Assembly: GCA_030141605.1 (NCBI GenBank)
Contig: JAQGDQ010000344.1
Span: 62,001 to 126,000 of the forward strand
Origin: Tubiluchus corallicola
Taxonomy: Eukaryota; Animalia; Priapulida
Direction of reading: 5' to 3'
Length of the DNA stretch: 64,000 nucleotides
The notes below the pieces were generated by a model. The model was not told the origin of the DNA and did not search any database. It saw nothing but the letters and a program-made list of their open reading frames with translations. Within the stretch, counting starts at the first letter, position 1. Every line of letters begins with the position of its first letter. Below, piece by piece: positions 1 to 26,093 of this stretch. The position numbers were made by a program, and so were the translations under genes.

Positions 1-1173
1 AAATGGGAAACTAAATAAAACTGCTTATTTGAATTTTGCATGATTTTTATAAAAGTTGAAAGACTGTTTGTTATTCTGGGCGATGATTTGTTGTGACAGT
101 GGGGCTGATCCAGGTGAGGCTGTTTTATACTTGCTTCAATAGTAGCTGCACCACTGGGTTCCTCTTACAATAATAAAAGGAAGCAAAGTACCTTTTCTGT
201 TAGAGGCCATAATGGGGCTATATCTTTGTGTACAATGCAGTTTTACAGTTTAGTGTAGATGAATAGGTATGTTGGAATTATAGGAAATTCATAATAGCAA
301 ATCGTTTTTTTTTTGTTACATTATAACTTAACTTGTGAACGTTTAGTATGCATAGTAAAGACCATTCATCAATAATAATATCAAAAGTTAAATATAAGCC
401 TATTGCTGTGCTGTGTAGAAATACTGTGTTTGTTGAATTTGAATTTAACGTGCCAAAATTTGCTACCTATGGTAACAGATGTGGACAGGTGATAGCAATG
501 GGTGACTTTAAAGCAGGATGTTTCAATTTAAAGGAAAACTGGACGATTGATTAGACTCAATATCATTTTAATTTGCTGTCCAAAATATACACTTTCTCAC
601 CTATAAAAGTTAGCAATTGTTTCCAATATTTGAATAATTACCTTGGAAAGTTAATTAACGGCAACCGAACACAGCTGTTGCTTGTATCACAAACTAATGA
701 CAGTTTGTGCAAGGGTGGGCATCTTCCCTGCACAGTAAGCTTGTTTGTGTAAGCGAATATTACTATAAGATGCTGATGTGATGTCACGAAAATGAGCTCT
801 ATGTAACAGACAGACACTGCTGTTCGTGATCATGCTTGTCACGGTACTATGTTTGTTTGTCAGCCACGTGAATGTGTTAAAAAGTCAACATTGCCACTTA
901 GTGGATTCGCTGAGCCACACGCAGCTTTGATAGTATGACAAAAATTAACTATACAAGGTAATTATTATTTAGTCTAAGCTTTGATTTAAAAAGAGCTGTT
1001 GTAGTTTTCAATGTTTTTGAGCATACTCTATTTTGAAGTAAAGTCTACACAATTGTCAGGTTTTCCTTTAATAATGTATGCACCTACGGTGTACCCTAGC
1101 ATTGCTAACTGCAGGTTAATACAATAAATTGCTGCCTCTTTTCAATAGTTGAATCTTTTTATAAATGTTTTAG

Positions 1174-14240
<13,067 letters not shown>

Positions 14241-16702
14241 TTGTCTGCCCGCTGAATTCATGTCCAGTTATAAGTGAATCGACATCCTGCTTTGTAAACA
14301 GTGTTGACAAAAGCCTAGGTAGAACCGTCGTACGGACATTACCATACTTACGAACAATCGACTTAGGAACATACGAACAGAATGTGGCGTAAGTTAAATT
14401 CATGTTTGCAATACTTCCGCAAGTCCAAATTTTGCACCTTCTACATAGTCAGCATGACATGCTGCCCGACAGCAGCAGTTTGCTAACACGCTCATTAGTG
14501 GTAACACATTGTTAGCTGTTCATAACATTTCTTGGTGTTTTGTTATTGGCAAAATTCAGTATTTCAGTATTCTGGAATCATTACAGCCTTCCGGAACGTA
14601 ACTTGTTCGCAAGTTGGGGAGCGACTGTGCATGCGAGAAAGAATTTGTGTGCTTGCACAGCAAAGATGTCCAGAAATAGGCATATGAGCTTTTTTTTAGT
14701 TATTCACATATCTTGAATCTCTATTGCACAAGGATTATTTTGATATCAAGCTTATAACTCTATGTTATTTCTAAGCTGAGATAATCAACACTGAAATTGA
14801 GGTGCATGGTGCACGTTGAAAAACGTAATCTAGAGAAAATCACTGTTAAAGTTAGCCATTGTTTTTTGTCACCCTTTCACAAAAACAGTTAGCAACTGTG
14901 TGAATTGGTGGTTGCTATGGACTTTTTAGTATTTTCTAAACAAAGCCCAACAATATATTTTGCGCTCGTTTTTGTCAAAAACCAGAAATTGATATTTGAC
15001 GACATTTTTAATGCATTCTACCTTACTTTGAAGGATCATAACATAGTTTTAACTATGCTAACTCATGCATGATTTTGGTTTGCAAACACACATTTAGGAA
15101 TTCAGTTGTAAATTTACATGACATATTCAGTTAATTAAGTCAATGACATTAAAAACAATCAGTCAAGTTTTGTTTGCACAATTCAAAACCTATAAATGGG
15201 CCCGAGAAAAAGCCACCAATACTCAATAACCCAGTACGATGTGTTCGTTGCTATTATATTAGTTAAATAAATACAGAAAGTGTGTGTGTTCACATTACCA
15301 CCAGTGTTTATAAATCGTTCGCTGTAATGGTGTTATTCTGTATCTTTATCTTGTATCAAGCAGTTGTATGGTTGGCCATACTGGCTAAGCTCTACTCATT
15401 CACGTATGTTGATGATGCAAGACATTTCGACTCATGCTAACTGAGTGCAGTTTTGAAAGTAAATGTTTACTTCTTGTGTGTACTAGTCAGTCAAACTTTG
15501 AAAAGTAAGGCACCATTTGCTGCGAGTCAAAGTCTGAAAGCATGAAATTGTTATCATTTTTATTAGTAAATGCTCCCTCTCAAGTGAAATAATTACCGCA
15601 TCACTGGTATGTGTAGTTAAATCAACCGTGAAAAATTACATAAATTATGTTTCAAATTGTACAGTCAATTTTTTTTATTACAGGCACTTAAAAACATTTA
15701 TAAAACAACACTTCATTAAAACTTTTACTTTACATAGTCTATTGCTACTATTACATAGGCTACTGCTGTTATATCCACTTACAAACATACAAGCAGTTTA
15801 TATAGGCAAACCCTATTATGCGCTAATTAAGTATTTAACAGAAGCCAAATAGGTACTGGTCTGCTTATTCATTACCTATCTGGCTTCTGTTAAATGCATA
15901 ATTATTGCATACAGTAGGCTCTGTCTACAAAACTGGTTGCATGTTTGTAAAAATTTGCCAATGATGATTGCAGCAGTAGGCCTGCTATAACGTTTGTCAT
16001 GATTTTTTAACTATGTAAATTAAGTTTTAATAAAGCTGTGTTGTTTTACCTGTAAATATAACTATAAATATATTTTTAAATTACATTGTTAGCATTTGTT
16101 TTTTTAATTTATAAATAATTAAGTGTGACACAATGGTAAATTGTAAATAAATTCTTTTGATAGAAATCAAATCTCTACAGACTAATTTTGTTGATGCCGC
16201 TTTTGGTGAAGAATAGGACTCTGATTAAAATTACCTCACCTATCCTGAAAAATGTCCAAAGCGAGAAATCGTATGCAAAAGTGTGCACTACATTACGATT
16301 ATAACTGCTAATATTAGCAAAAATGTCAAGATTTTTTGTATTACCTTAGCAGAACACAGAACATAATATGATTTAACAAATGTGGTTTCATGTAGATGAT
16401 AATATTATTGCAGAATTTTATTAACCGTGCTATTCAGGCTACAGTAGAAGTGGACCAGTCATTTTATTTTTGATTATTTATAAAAACTGTTTGACATTTG
16501 ATCAAAGGTTCAGTTCGTCATTTTCACACTCTGTAGTTTAATGTCTGACGTTGCTGATTGACTCAATCTTGTTTTCTTACGAACACTGTCCAACTCATAC
16601 TTACGCATAACTTATACATAAGTTACGCATAAGTTATACATAGTTTACTGTACGCAGAAAAAGCAAACATGAACATCACATAACTTTATCATTTACTTCA
16701 TT

Positions 16703-16708
16703 TTTATT
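16703..16708 (-). terminator. Polyadenylation signal (AATAAA) of RPSA
   Basis: AATAAA on the - strand about 40 nt after the RPSA stop codon. Confidence 0.7.
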
Positions 16709-16745
16709 GTAACTTTTGTTTTACACGATTTTTGCACAGCATTTT

Positions 16746-19700
16746 CTACCACGGTTCTGCACTTGAGCCGCCCCAGTCACCTGTGGATCCTGAAAAAACA
16801 AACAAGAAAATGACTTCTGCAAACAACAAGCAGTTCAGAACTACAGTATAGTAACCACATAACTCATGTGTGAATGGTTTGGCAACTTGTTGTGCAACTT
16901 CTCTCTAAGAATTAAGTTGCAACGTGTCAACAGTTTGGCAACTTGTCACACGTGTGAAAGAGAAGGTGCCAAGCCGTTCACACGTGCAACTTTACTCTCA
17001 GAAAGAAGTTGCACAACAAGTTGCGAGAGAAGTCTATACAGCTAAATGCGCTATTAGGAAAATCACAGCTGACTATTTCGTACATTTTTAGTTCAGTAAA
17101 TTAAGCCAATGTTGCCGGAATACAGAAATGATATGAACCTAAACAAATCTGTGACAACGAACAGAATTTATTTTTATCAAAGCTCTGTAATCTATGACGA
17201 TGATGGCTGTCGGCATACAGTCAAACTTCACAATGCACCCCCCCCCTTTATAATGGCAACCTCAACGGTCATATTTTTGTCAAAACAAAATGTCTATATT
17301 TGGACAAATAGGTATGCAATAATGAATCTCGTTATAATGCCAAAGTTGCCTAATGCCTAATACTTCTTGCAGTCCTAAAGTAGGCGGTGTAAAGAGGTTT
17401 AACCGTAAGAAGTCCTTTCACAGTTCCAGCAACTGAAGATGATAGTGAAAAGGTCAAAAGTTAAGTGTACCAAACAATGCACTTGCGTACACTTGACAAT
17501 GCCTCGCAGCCCTGGGTGTTGTAATAGCAACAGTTTTGACAGCTAACTAAAACCTTAACACAGTTCATTTTTTCTTGTTCCCAAGCAAGAGCCTGCTAGT
17601 AAATCACTCTATGCACAGACTAATGCATAATTGAGTATTCTACGTAATACAACTGAAGTTACTGAACTGATGCGGGACACGGCCATTCTTTACCTGCACG
17701 TTATTTGACAGATTTTAGATCAGAACGTGTTGCTGTAGTGCGCAACCTTTAACTTATTGCAACTGTGTGTGAGCACAAAGAAACTGAAAAGACTTATTAA
17801 GACAGGATCTATGTATACTGTCTGTAAAATTTGCTTTCAATGCTTCTAATCAGTTAGCGAAAAAATATGTTTTATGCTTAAAAACCTACTTAATGCAGCC
17901 ATAATGTACTAGTGACGATGAACGAGACGTTTAAGGAAGCAATATGCACAGCAGTCAGTTCAGAAACTATCACTGATAATTAATCACAGATAAATCATCT
18001 GTCCCTATCTCAGTTTCATCATGACGACTGCTAGCTACTAACCATTAACTTTATTAGTCAAATACCCCAGTCTGTTAACTCCTTCAGGATTGCACTGTTC
18101 AAATAGGTCTTAAAAGACCTATGACTTTTCTGCTACTTATGAGCACAGACGTAACTAAATGATTACAAATTAGGTACTGTTCTATTCAGAAGAGTTTCGC
18201 CAATCATGCTATGGGATATTGGGATAAAATTAAGAAAAACATGCCCCTTTCAGGCACTCCAATTTATAAAGTAGCTTAGTCTGGGATACACTTGCGTGAT
18301 AACATACACTACTTTATTGACGACCTGCTTGCTACAGCTGAAGCTGTGCAGTGTTCTGCTTCTATTCCATGACAAACCAACCGATCTGCCAAGAACAAAT
18401 CAAGGTCGTTTCATCTTTTAACAGGAATTTACCTTAAGAATAGAGTAGACTTGAGGCCAAAGTGTATCAGAGTGTTGTGTTTGGATAGTAGAAATTTTCT
18501 GCATTAGCCGATTTCGCACAAGTGACACTGTACATTGTTACATTGCAAACAATGCAGTTACTGAAAGCTTTTTTCAAATTTCTCGTTAAAAATCGATGTT
18601 TAATCATAAGCAAGTGCATTTTTTATATAATTTTGCATGAAAATCTATTATCTGTCTGAGAAGTAGAAACCTACAAAAATTACCAAATATAATGTAATCG
18701 CTGCTTAGTGACAGCAGTTTTCAAGAACCCATGCAAAATGCAGCAAACGCTTACGGTCCTGAAGGAGCTAAGGGCAAATTTTGATGAAATGGGACTGATT
18801 GGATACGACTGCCAAACTTTCAGGAATGATTCTTTGGATCATTTGCTACAAGAATTTTGGGTCTAAGTTACATGCCAATGGCAGCGATAACGTCAATATT
18901 CTTGTATGCAAATGATCCAAAGCACGATTCATGAAAGTTTGGCAGCTGTATCCAGTCACTTCTCTTTTTTCTCTGCTAACATTCCAGATGACTGAATTTG
19001 TAAAATGGCTTGACGGGTTCTGATGACGTAATTTGGCCACTTCGTGTGTTCCAAGGTCACTAATCATACCACCAAATGAAAGCCCACATATAAGTTCCTG
19101 TTCTTCCCTAACAGGACCCAAGCGTCTCTCTGTGAACGTTTTGGAGCTATAAGTGTCCAAGGTGCAAGACCATTTCTTGATGTTTTAGAGTCCCGGGACA
19201 GCAAGCAAAAAAAAGCAAAATTTTACAAAAATGCTGTTAAAATGGCCTAAAGAAACATTCCTGAAAGTTTGACACCTTTTTTGGCTAAAAAGACCGGACT
19301 AAAAAGTACAAATCAGTATAAAGTTATACTGACCTGGTGCAGATGCCTCAGCCCAATCGTTGACCTTGGGAGCGGATCGTGCTGGATCCGCTGTCGCACT
19401 CCAATCCTCCGTCGGAACGTACGGCTGCTGAACCGGCACCGCAGGAACAGCTGCCGGTTCGGTGCCCCACTCGGGTTCCGTCGGTATGTAATCCGGTACG
19501 GCAGCAGTGAACTCCTGTGTCGTGAAATCTGCCGGCGGCTCAATCACTTTGGTTTTTGCCTCCATCTCTTCTTTCTCAGCCTAGAGAAAAGGCAACATTT
19601 TTAACAAAGAGGAAGTGACCAAAATGTGGCCCTACTGGCTTTTCTAATGTTAATAGCAATCACCCATTTCTTGAGGAATGATCGTTTCGGCTTAAACCGA

Positions 19701-22700
19701 ACCAATCAAACTAATCGAACTAGCCATTATCAAACTAAACAAACTACAAATCAAGAAGTAACGGCAAAAAGAAGAATAAATAATACATTAATGATACAAA
19801 GGCACAAACTGAAACTACAAAACAACAGATTGGAATTTAACTAAATTGCAGAGAAATGTAAAAAAATTTACCTAACACATGAGAAGCAGAAAAGAACACA
19901 ACTCAGTAAACAATTAGTCCGTCTACAAAACGTATAAAGCACTATAAGAATAAAACACAACTTCTACAATTTACAACTACAATAAGCCGAAACGATCGTC
20001 GCTCAGTAAACATGGTAATTCCTAGAAGCTGGCTCTTTCAGGTATTTAATAGCAGTCAGTTCAGAAACTATCACTGATAATTAATCACAGACATTTCATC
20101 TGTCCCTATCTGAAAGTTTCATCACCACGACAGCTAGCTGCTAAATAGTGTCATTTAGCACTTTGCTAAGTATCATTATACTTTGTTACATTAAAATGTT
20201 ACATTACATAGTATAATTAAAAATTCAATTTTGTGGTTGGAGTACATTTGGGCCTTGGGGAGGAATTGGCAATTGAGGAGGGGTGCTAAAAATACTTTTG
20301 CTAGGGTGTCAAATTACTTAGAGCAAACATGAAACAGCCACACTCCATTTAAAACAAACAATTCTGGATGCCATTTCAAACTAAAATTTGCCAAATATGG
20401 GTAACGTAACATAACGACAGTAACAAAGACTCACCTCTTCTGGGTCTCTGTAGAAATACATGTCAACCATGACATCCCATGGCACCTCCCGGCTGATTGT
20501 TCCTCTTAGACGGAGCACCTCTCGAGCGAGAAGCCACCACATTAAGCCAATAGAGTGTGCCCCCTAGTAGAAAATAGTTAAAGATAAAACACAATAAGCC
20601 TTTCCACAGTTTTGTTGTGTGCACACGCAGCTGCTGCAGGTCAAAGGTTAAGTGTGCCACAGCAACGCGTCTTGACTACAACTGTCACGTCACACGTGTG
20701 TAAAGCAAAGTCTTCTCGTGCATCAGTTCAGTGACTTCAGTTGTTTTATGTGGACTTTTCTAAATTATGCTTTAGTCTGTGAGGAGAGTGATTTACTAGC
20801 AGAATCTTGCTTGAGAAGGAAAAATTAACCAAGTAAGGTTCTAGTTAGCTGCTAAAACTGTTACTATTACAATAGCTTGGGCTGCGAGGCATGTTCAAGT
20901 GTACACAAATGCATTGTCTGGTACACTTAACCTTTGCCCTTTTCAAGATCATCATCAATCGCTGGAACTGTGAAAAGGCTTATTAAGTCTTGTTACGTAA
21001 ACGATTTAATTCATAAGACATTTAATTTTAGTGTAAATTGTCACAAAATATCAAGCAAGCTAATTGTCACCAAATTTCAAAACACACAAATTAAACAAAC
21101 AAAATTAATCCGTATTACTGATTTTTTCAAATCTCAATTGTTACCATATTTATACTGAAAAATGTCTCAAAAAATAAAGTGTAAAGATGTCAGGACGCAT
21201 GCAGAAACCCGTGGACTTCTGTTTCAGATCTGGACTCAATATCGAACTTTTTGCATTCCTATATTTTCAGATGGTTAATAAAGGAAAACTACAAGCAATT
21301 TCTACAGTTTTAACTTAAGAAACTTGCAGAAGTTATTAAACTTTAAAGGTGTAGGCCTAATTATGATTAAAGCAAGAATCGTAGAAACTGCCATCACAAA
21401 AATAGTTACCAACATGCGAAAAGAAAAATAAAAACAAACAGCATTTCTCAAAGTCAACTAGGAGACTTCAAACACACTCATCCTCATATATTAACTCCTT
21501 CAGGACTGCACCACTCAAAATAGGTCTTATACGACCTACGAGTTTTCTGCTACTGTATGAGCACAAACATAACTAAATGATTACAAATTTCATACTGTTC
21601 TGTTAAGGTGATTCTTGGCTATTCAATCATGCTATTTGTTTAAGCATTTATAAATGATTTAATTAGTTAAAATTAAGAAAAACACTGCCTTTTGAGGCAT
21701 TCCAACTTAGACTATCGAGTAGCTTAATCTGGTGTATATTTGTGTGATTGTACACACCATTTCATTGACCGCCTCCTTGCTACAGCCCAGTAAAACTGTC
21801 TGCTGTGCAGAGTTCCAGGAAAAACCAACCGATCAGCCAAGGAAAAATTAAGGTCGTTTCATCTTTTAACAGGAATTTCTCCTTAAAAATAGAGTAGACT
21901 TGAGGCCAAAGTGTATCAGAATGTTGTGTCTGGATAGTGAAAATTTTCTGCATTAGTCAATTTCACACAAGTGATAGTGTATATTGTTCCAGTGCAAACA
22001 CTGCGGCTATAGGAAGCTTCCTCCCATTTTTTTGTCAAAAATTGGTTTTTAATTTGTTTAAGGTAAGTAAATGCATTTCATATATAATTTTGCATGAAAA
22101 TCCCTTGTATGAAGAGCAGAAACCTACAAAAATTATCAAATATAACTTAATCGCTCCTTAGTGTGAACAGTTTTTCACAAACCCATGGAAAATGCAACAA
22201 ACGCTTACGGTCCTGAAGGAGTTAATGTTGAACATACCAGACTCTTTACTTCTTTAGCTGCTGTATACAAAAACCTCACTCATGCAGAGATTAAGTCATC
22301 ATTTCTCCTTACATTGTTATTGCACGGAATTGCAATGTCAACATAACGCAGTGGAGAGTCCGTATTGCAGAATGCGATGACGGGAATGTTGACGTACGAC
22401 GCCTCAATGACGGGTTGATGATCCGCGCGTGGATCGCACACGACGAGCAGACGGGGCTCCCGAAATGCAGCCTGCAAAGAAGAGAGAATTTTCTGCATTA
22501 ACTCGGCAACACCATGACACAGTTAAATAACAACATGGACAAAGGGTGAACTTTATTTGGCAAATGTGCCACCATTTTAAATAGTGTAAATTAAAGCCTC
22601 TGAAAAGCTGTTTGTAAGAACTCTTCCAAAAACAACACTAGCTATGATAAACATAAAAAATACTATATAATTATCCACTCAATATATTCAATTCTCCACT

Positions 22701-25700
22701 TGATAGGTGCAAAGAGTTATGTATTAAACATACGAAATAATGAAATTACTACAAAGCAATCAAAAACTATGTATCGTCCATTGCCTATATGTATGAAGAG
22801 AAAAAAGTTAAAATATGCTACATAATACATAAAAGACAATAATGCTACATGTCTATATGCAAGAAGCCAAATAATTAAAATACAGCACAAACACTTGAAA
22901 AGTGATTTAAAAGATTCATACAATGGACTACAAAAAAGTAAAAATTTAAAATTTAAAACATATAATTACCGCATGTAGTACATTTCGTTTGCTTAACAGA
23001 TAGTGTAAATTTTAATGTTGCATCAATAAGCCTTTTCACAGTTTCAGCAATTGATGATGAACGTGAAAAGGTAAAATGTTAAGAGTATCAGACAATGCAT
23101 TTTTGTACACTTGATGTACTTTGCTCTACAAACAGGGGGCAGCAGTATTGCAGTTTAATTTATACACTCACTAATTTATACACTTTTATAAATGTAGGAA
23201 AAATCGGACAAAATCTACAACGTTAAAAGTCTGCATACCACGGACACAGTCCGTTGTTTCGCGAGCTGCCTGCTAGTTGGTGGGCCGTCACTTTATTTAC
23301 ACCATTACATCAGTGCAACCAAGCATGTGTAACGACACGCGTGTAGCTTGTATGTCAGGAGCAGCACATACTAAATGTTTTTGAGACAATTAGGCATGAT
23401 TCTACATCCGTGTTCGATGACGTCATACATATAAGAAATTATCATATGCAATTTGCAGGAGTAAGCGGTGTGGTTCAAATCTAACATATGCCAGCGAGAA
23501 TGTCGTAACATATTCCAGTGAAAAACTTTTTGCAATTTACCATTTAAATGGTTTTTAGGCAATCTGATTAATTGAAACAGTGCTGTAAATAGTACAATTA
23601 TATATAAGCAGGATATCCCTAATTGCATACAGCAACTCAGAAAAGACACGAGGTTTCATTAATACGGAAACGTAGAAAACTTGGCTAAGTTAGCAGTCGG
23701 CTAAACGGTTAACCGTCTCAGCCTTACTGCAGATGACCTTTGCTTTAATAACTTTAACAACAATAAACATGTATGATTCAGTACGAAATTACCTGAATCT
23801 GATTGGTGAATGTTCCAGGGGTGAAGCGACCAGCAATGGGCGTGGCGCCAGTGGCAGAAGCAAATTTGAGTACTGCTCGCTGTCCGTAAGGCCGAGAGGA
23901 GATGACACACACGTCGCCCGGGTTCTCGATGGACACGATTGCGCGAGCGGCAAGCTGCAACTTCTCCCAGGTCTTTCTCAGGTTAATGATGGTCACACCT
24001 TGATAAACAACAAAATGTAAGCGGAAAAATGTTTACATGCTGGAAACTACGGAGAATTTTGCAAGATATGAAATACATACACAGCTAGTTAGGTAATACA
24101 GTCAAACTTCTTTACAATACCTACTTTGGAATTACAAAAACTTAGGTGTTAAGTGAGTTTGGCATTATAACAAGGCGAATTAATACATACATATGTATGC
24201 AAACATAGGCATTTTGTTTTGGTAAAAATTTGGCATTAAGCGAAGTTGGCTTTACAATGTGGTCTGACTATACGACAAGCCATGGTTGCCAGCATCATCA
24301 CTGTCACATCACATCATTTGACTTCAGAAGGAAAGCAGAGTTTGGTCACTAAATGGATAGGTGACTGAAGGATTCAAAACTACTTTTGTAGACAGTTTCA
24401 TTAATTGTTTGTCTTATTGAAAGCGAGTGGTTAAGAGCCTCTGCAAGTTCAGTGCCAGATCTTAGAAGATCAGTCATGATGCTGAGCAAACTTCTGTTAC
24501 TGCCACAAATATCTATGTACAAATATACTAAGGGGGTACAGTAATGAGTAACAGCACAGAACAATTTATAACATTAACGTTTTGTTTAAACAATTGCAAA
24601 GCTGTCAAAGTCTCATACAACTTGCAAGCTTGGGGGACATGGTCTGAGCAGTGACTCAAACAACTCAAGACCTTTCAATACATCTTGCAGATCTCTCACA
24701 AGCAGCTTACCTATTGAAAACCGATCAATAGCAGGTTTTTCATCATCTTAGCGTCCACCTTAGTGTCTTAGGCAGGTTGGGGGGCGATAAATTTTCAAGC
24801 CATTTAATTCAAACTACAAAATTAATTCCAGAGTTTTCGGGTCATTGCTCTGATTATATCCCTCAAGGCTATAGGTTGTGAGACATATGATGGATCCATG
24901 GAAAAATTTTGAAAACATGAGAGATTCAAACTGTTTGGACAATACTATAACGTAATAAATTGTTCTGTACTATTATTTGTTGTTTTGTACCTCACTAGCA
25001 ATAAGTTATGTACCACCTTGTACATTAAGTAGATTCTGTCACTAAATAATATTGAATGCCAGTTTCAGGATGAATTGTATAAAAAATGAAATAGGAGAAA
25101 CTAACAGGAGTTGGGAAGAAAAATGGTAACGTTCTGCCAGCTTTAACAAAACCTCAACATTTACCAACAGGTGGTATGAGCATAGGTGATACATTACTCA
25201 AGCAAGTTAGCTGTGAAAAGTATGTGGGCCATGCAATTGACAATCAGGGAAGAAATGACAAAGATATCGAGAGACAGGTGGCACAATTTTACTATTACAG
25301 TTTTAAACATATGAGAGTCGTTTATAATAAAGAAATACACACACTTTTTAAACAACATTTTGATTGCTCTGCCAGAAGCATGTCTGAATCTCACACTGCC
25401 TTATATTCAAGTTATTTTAAGGAAAAATATTTAGTCTACGGATGTGTCTTCTCAATAGTCATAACAGTTTGATAAATGAAATTTTTAAGAGCGATTTTAT
25501 CTTTTTAACTAGAATCTATCAATATCAGATAAAACAGCTATATGCATAAAACACCTATTAATTTTAAATCTTTAATCTAGTATGTGATTTTTGCCAATTT
25601 TTTTATCTGTAAATAATTATATTATTGTAGTATTTTATGAATATATAATGTGTTAACCATTGTACACAAGTAGTACTTTTTATTGTACGTATTTGTTGAC

Positions 25701-25906
25701 ATTGTGGATTTTTCCAGGAATAAAGTGCATCTTAACTTATCTTTTATCATTCATGTATAATAAGGTGCCTTACCATCACTTTTACGCTTGAAAATGTACT
25801 GCTCCATCTGAAAGTTGTAATTGGTGGAGCCAAGATGAGTTGCACATGCTAAAAACTTTGTAACATCTTCTTCTTTTAAAGCAAGCACGTCCAAACCTCC
25901 AGACAT
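16746..25906 (-). CDS. RPSA: 40S ribosomal protein SA (uS2 / 37-kDa laminin receptor precursor)
   Basis: Coding exons on the - strand: 25774-25906 ([26 protein letters not shown]; acceptor at 25942), 23793-23998, 22313-22471, 20435-20563 ([15 protein letters not shown]), 19334-19580 (PTEDWS repeat region) and 16746-16789 (TAG). All junctions are GT-AG and in phase. Confidence 0.98.
16882..17024. mobile_element. Palindromic MITE-like foldback
   Basis: Inverted arms GCAACTTGTTGTGCAACTTCT...AGAAGTTGCACAACAAGTTGC with internal sub-repeats. Confidence 0.65.
17951..18031 (-). ncRNA. Intronic C/D-box snoRNA, SNORD74/snR64-type guide for 28S rRNA, copy 1
   Basis: On the - strand: GCAGTC/GACTGC terminal stem, C box ATGATGA, guide AGATAGGGACAG, D' ATGA, C' TGATTA, D CTGA. 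The guide complements the conserved LSU sequence CUGUCCCUAUCU. Lies sense in the last RPSA intron. Confidence 0.85.
18075..18771. mobile_element. TTAA-flanked non-autonomous element, family C (TIR CTCCTTCAGGAC)
   Basis: Full copy with both TTAA flanks at 21491-22225 and a partial copy from about 44668. piggyBac-like on the basis of the target duplication. Confidence 0.8.
20051..20135 (-). ncRNA. Intronic C/D-box snoRNA, SNORD74/snR64-type, copy 2
   Basis: Paralogue of 17951-18031 in the preceding RPSA intron: C box GTGATGA, identical guide AGATAGGGACAG, D' ATGA, C' TGATTA, D CTGA. Similarity ends just outside the boxes and terminal stem. Confidence 0.82.
20593..20984. mobile_element. MITE family B (TIR AATAAGCCTTTTCACAGTT)
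   Basis: Full copy at 35966-36339. Fragments at about 3080-3190, 7280-7507, 17410-17750 and 23025-23115. Confidence 0.85.
21491..22225. mobile_element. Family C element, full copy
   Basis: Ends read TTAA-CTCCTTCAGGAC...GTCCTGAAGGAG-TTAA; colinear with 18075-18771. Confidence 0.85.
25176..25472 (+). mobile_element. Degenerate LINE ORF2 fragment
   Basis: [27 protein letters not shown] resembles the post-RT 'KYLG' region of LINE ORF2. Confidence 0.5.
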
Positions 25907-26093
25907 TATCGTCGTCGATCGTTTAAGCTACGGTGATCAACCTGCCAACACAGAGACAAGTTAAACGCTGCTCAGTAAATGATTATATTATATCTCATAT
26001 TTAGATATTTTAATGCGACTAAAAAAGATGAAAATAAGATAGTGCTCTTATGAGACTTGTCATGGTCATAATCATAAAAAACACAAAGTACCA

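Noticed and set aside
19269-19604. Overlapping antisense or alternative-frame ORFs here and at 13640-13912 and 23733-24020
   Set aside because: Shadows of GC-richer real exons with no independent gene signals.
24260-24760. RTGATGA motifs on the - strand as further C/D snoRNAs
   Set aside because: No suitably placed D box, terminal stem or recognisable guide; the first motif overlaps a repeat also seen near 17200.
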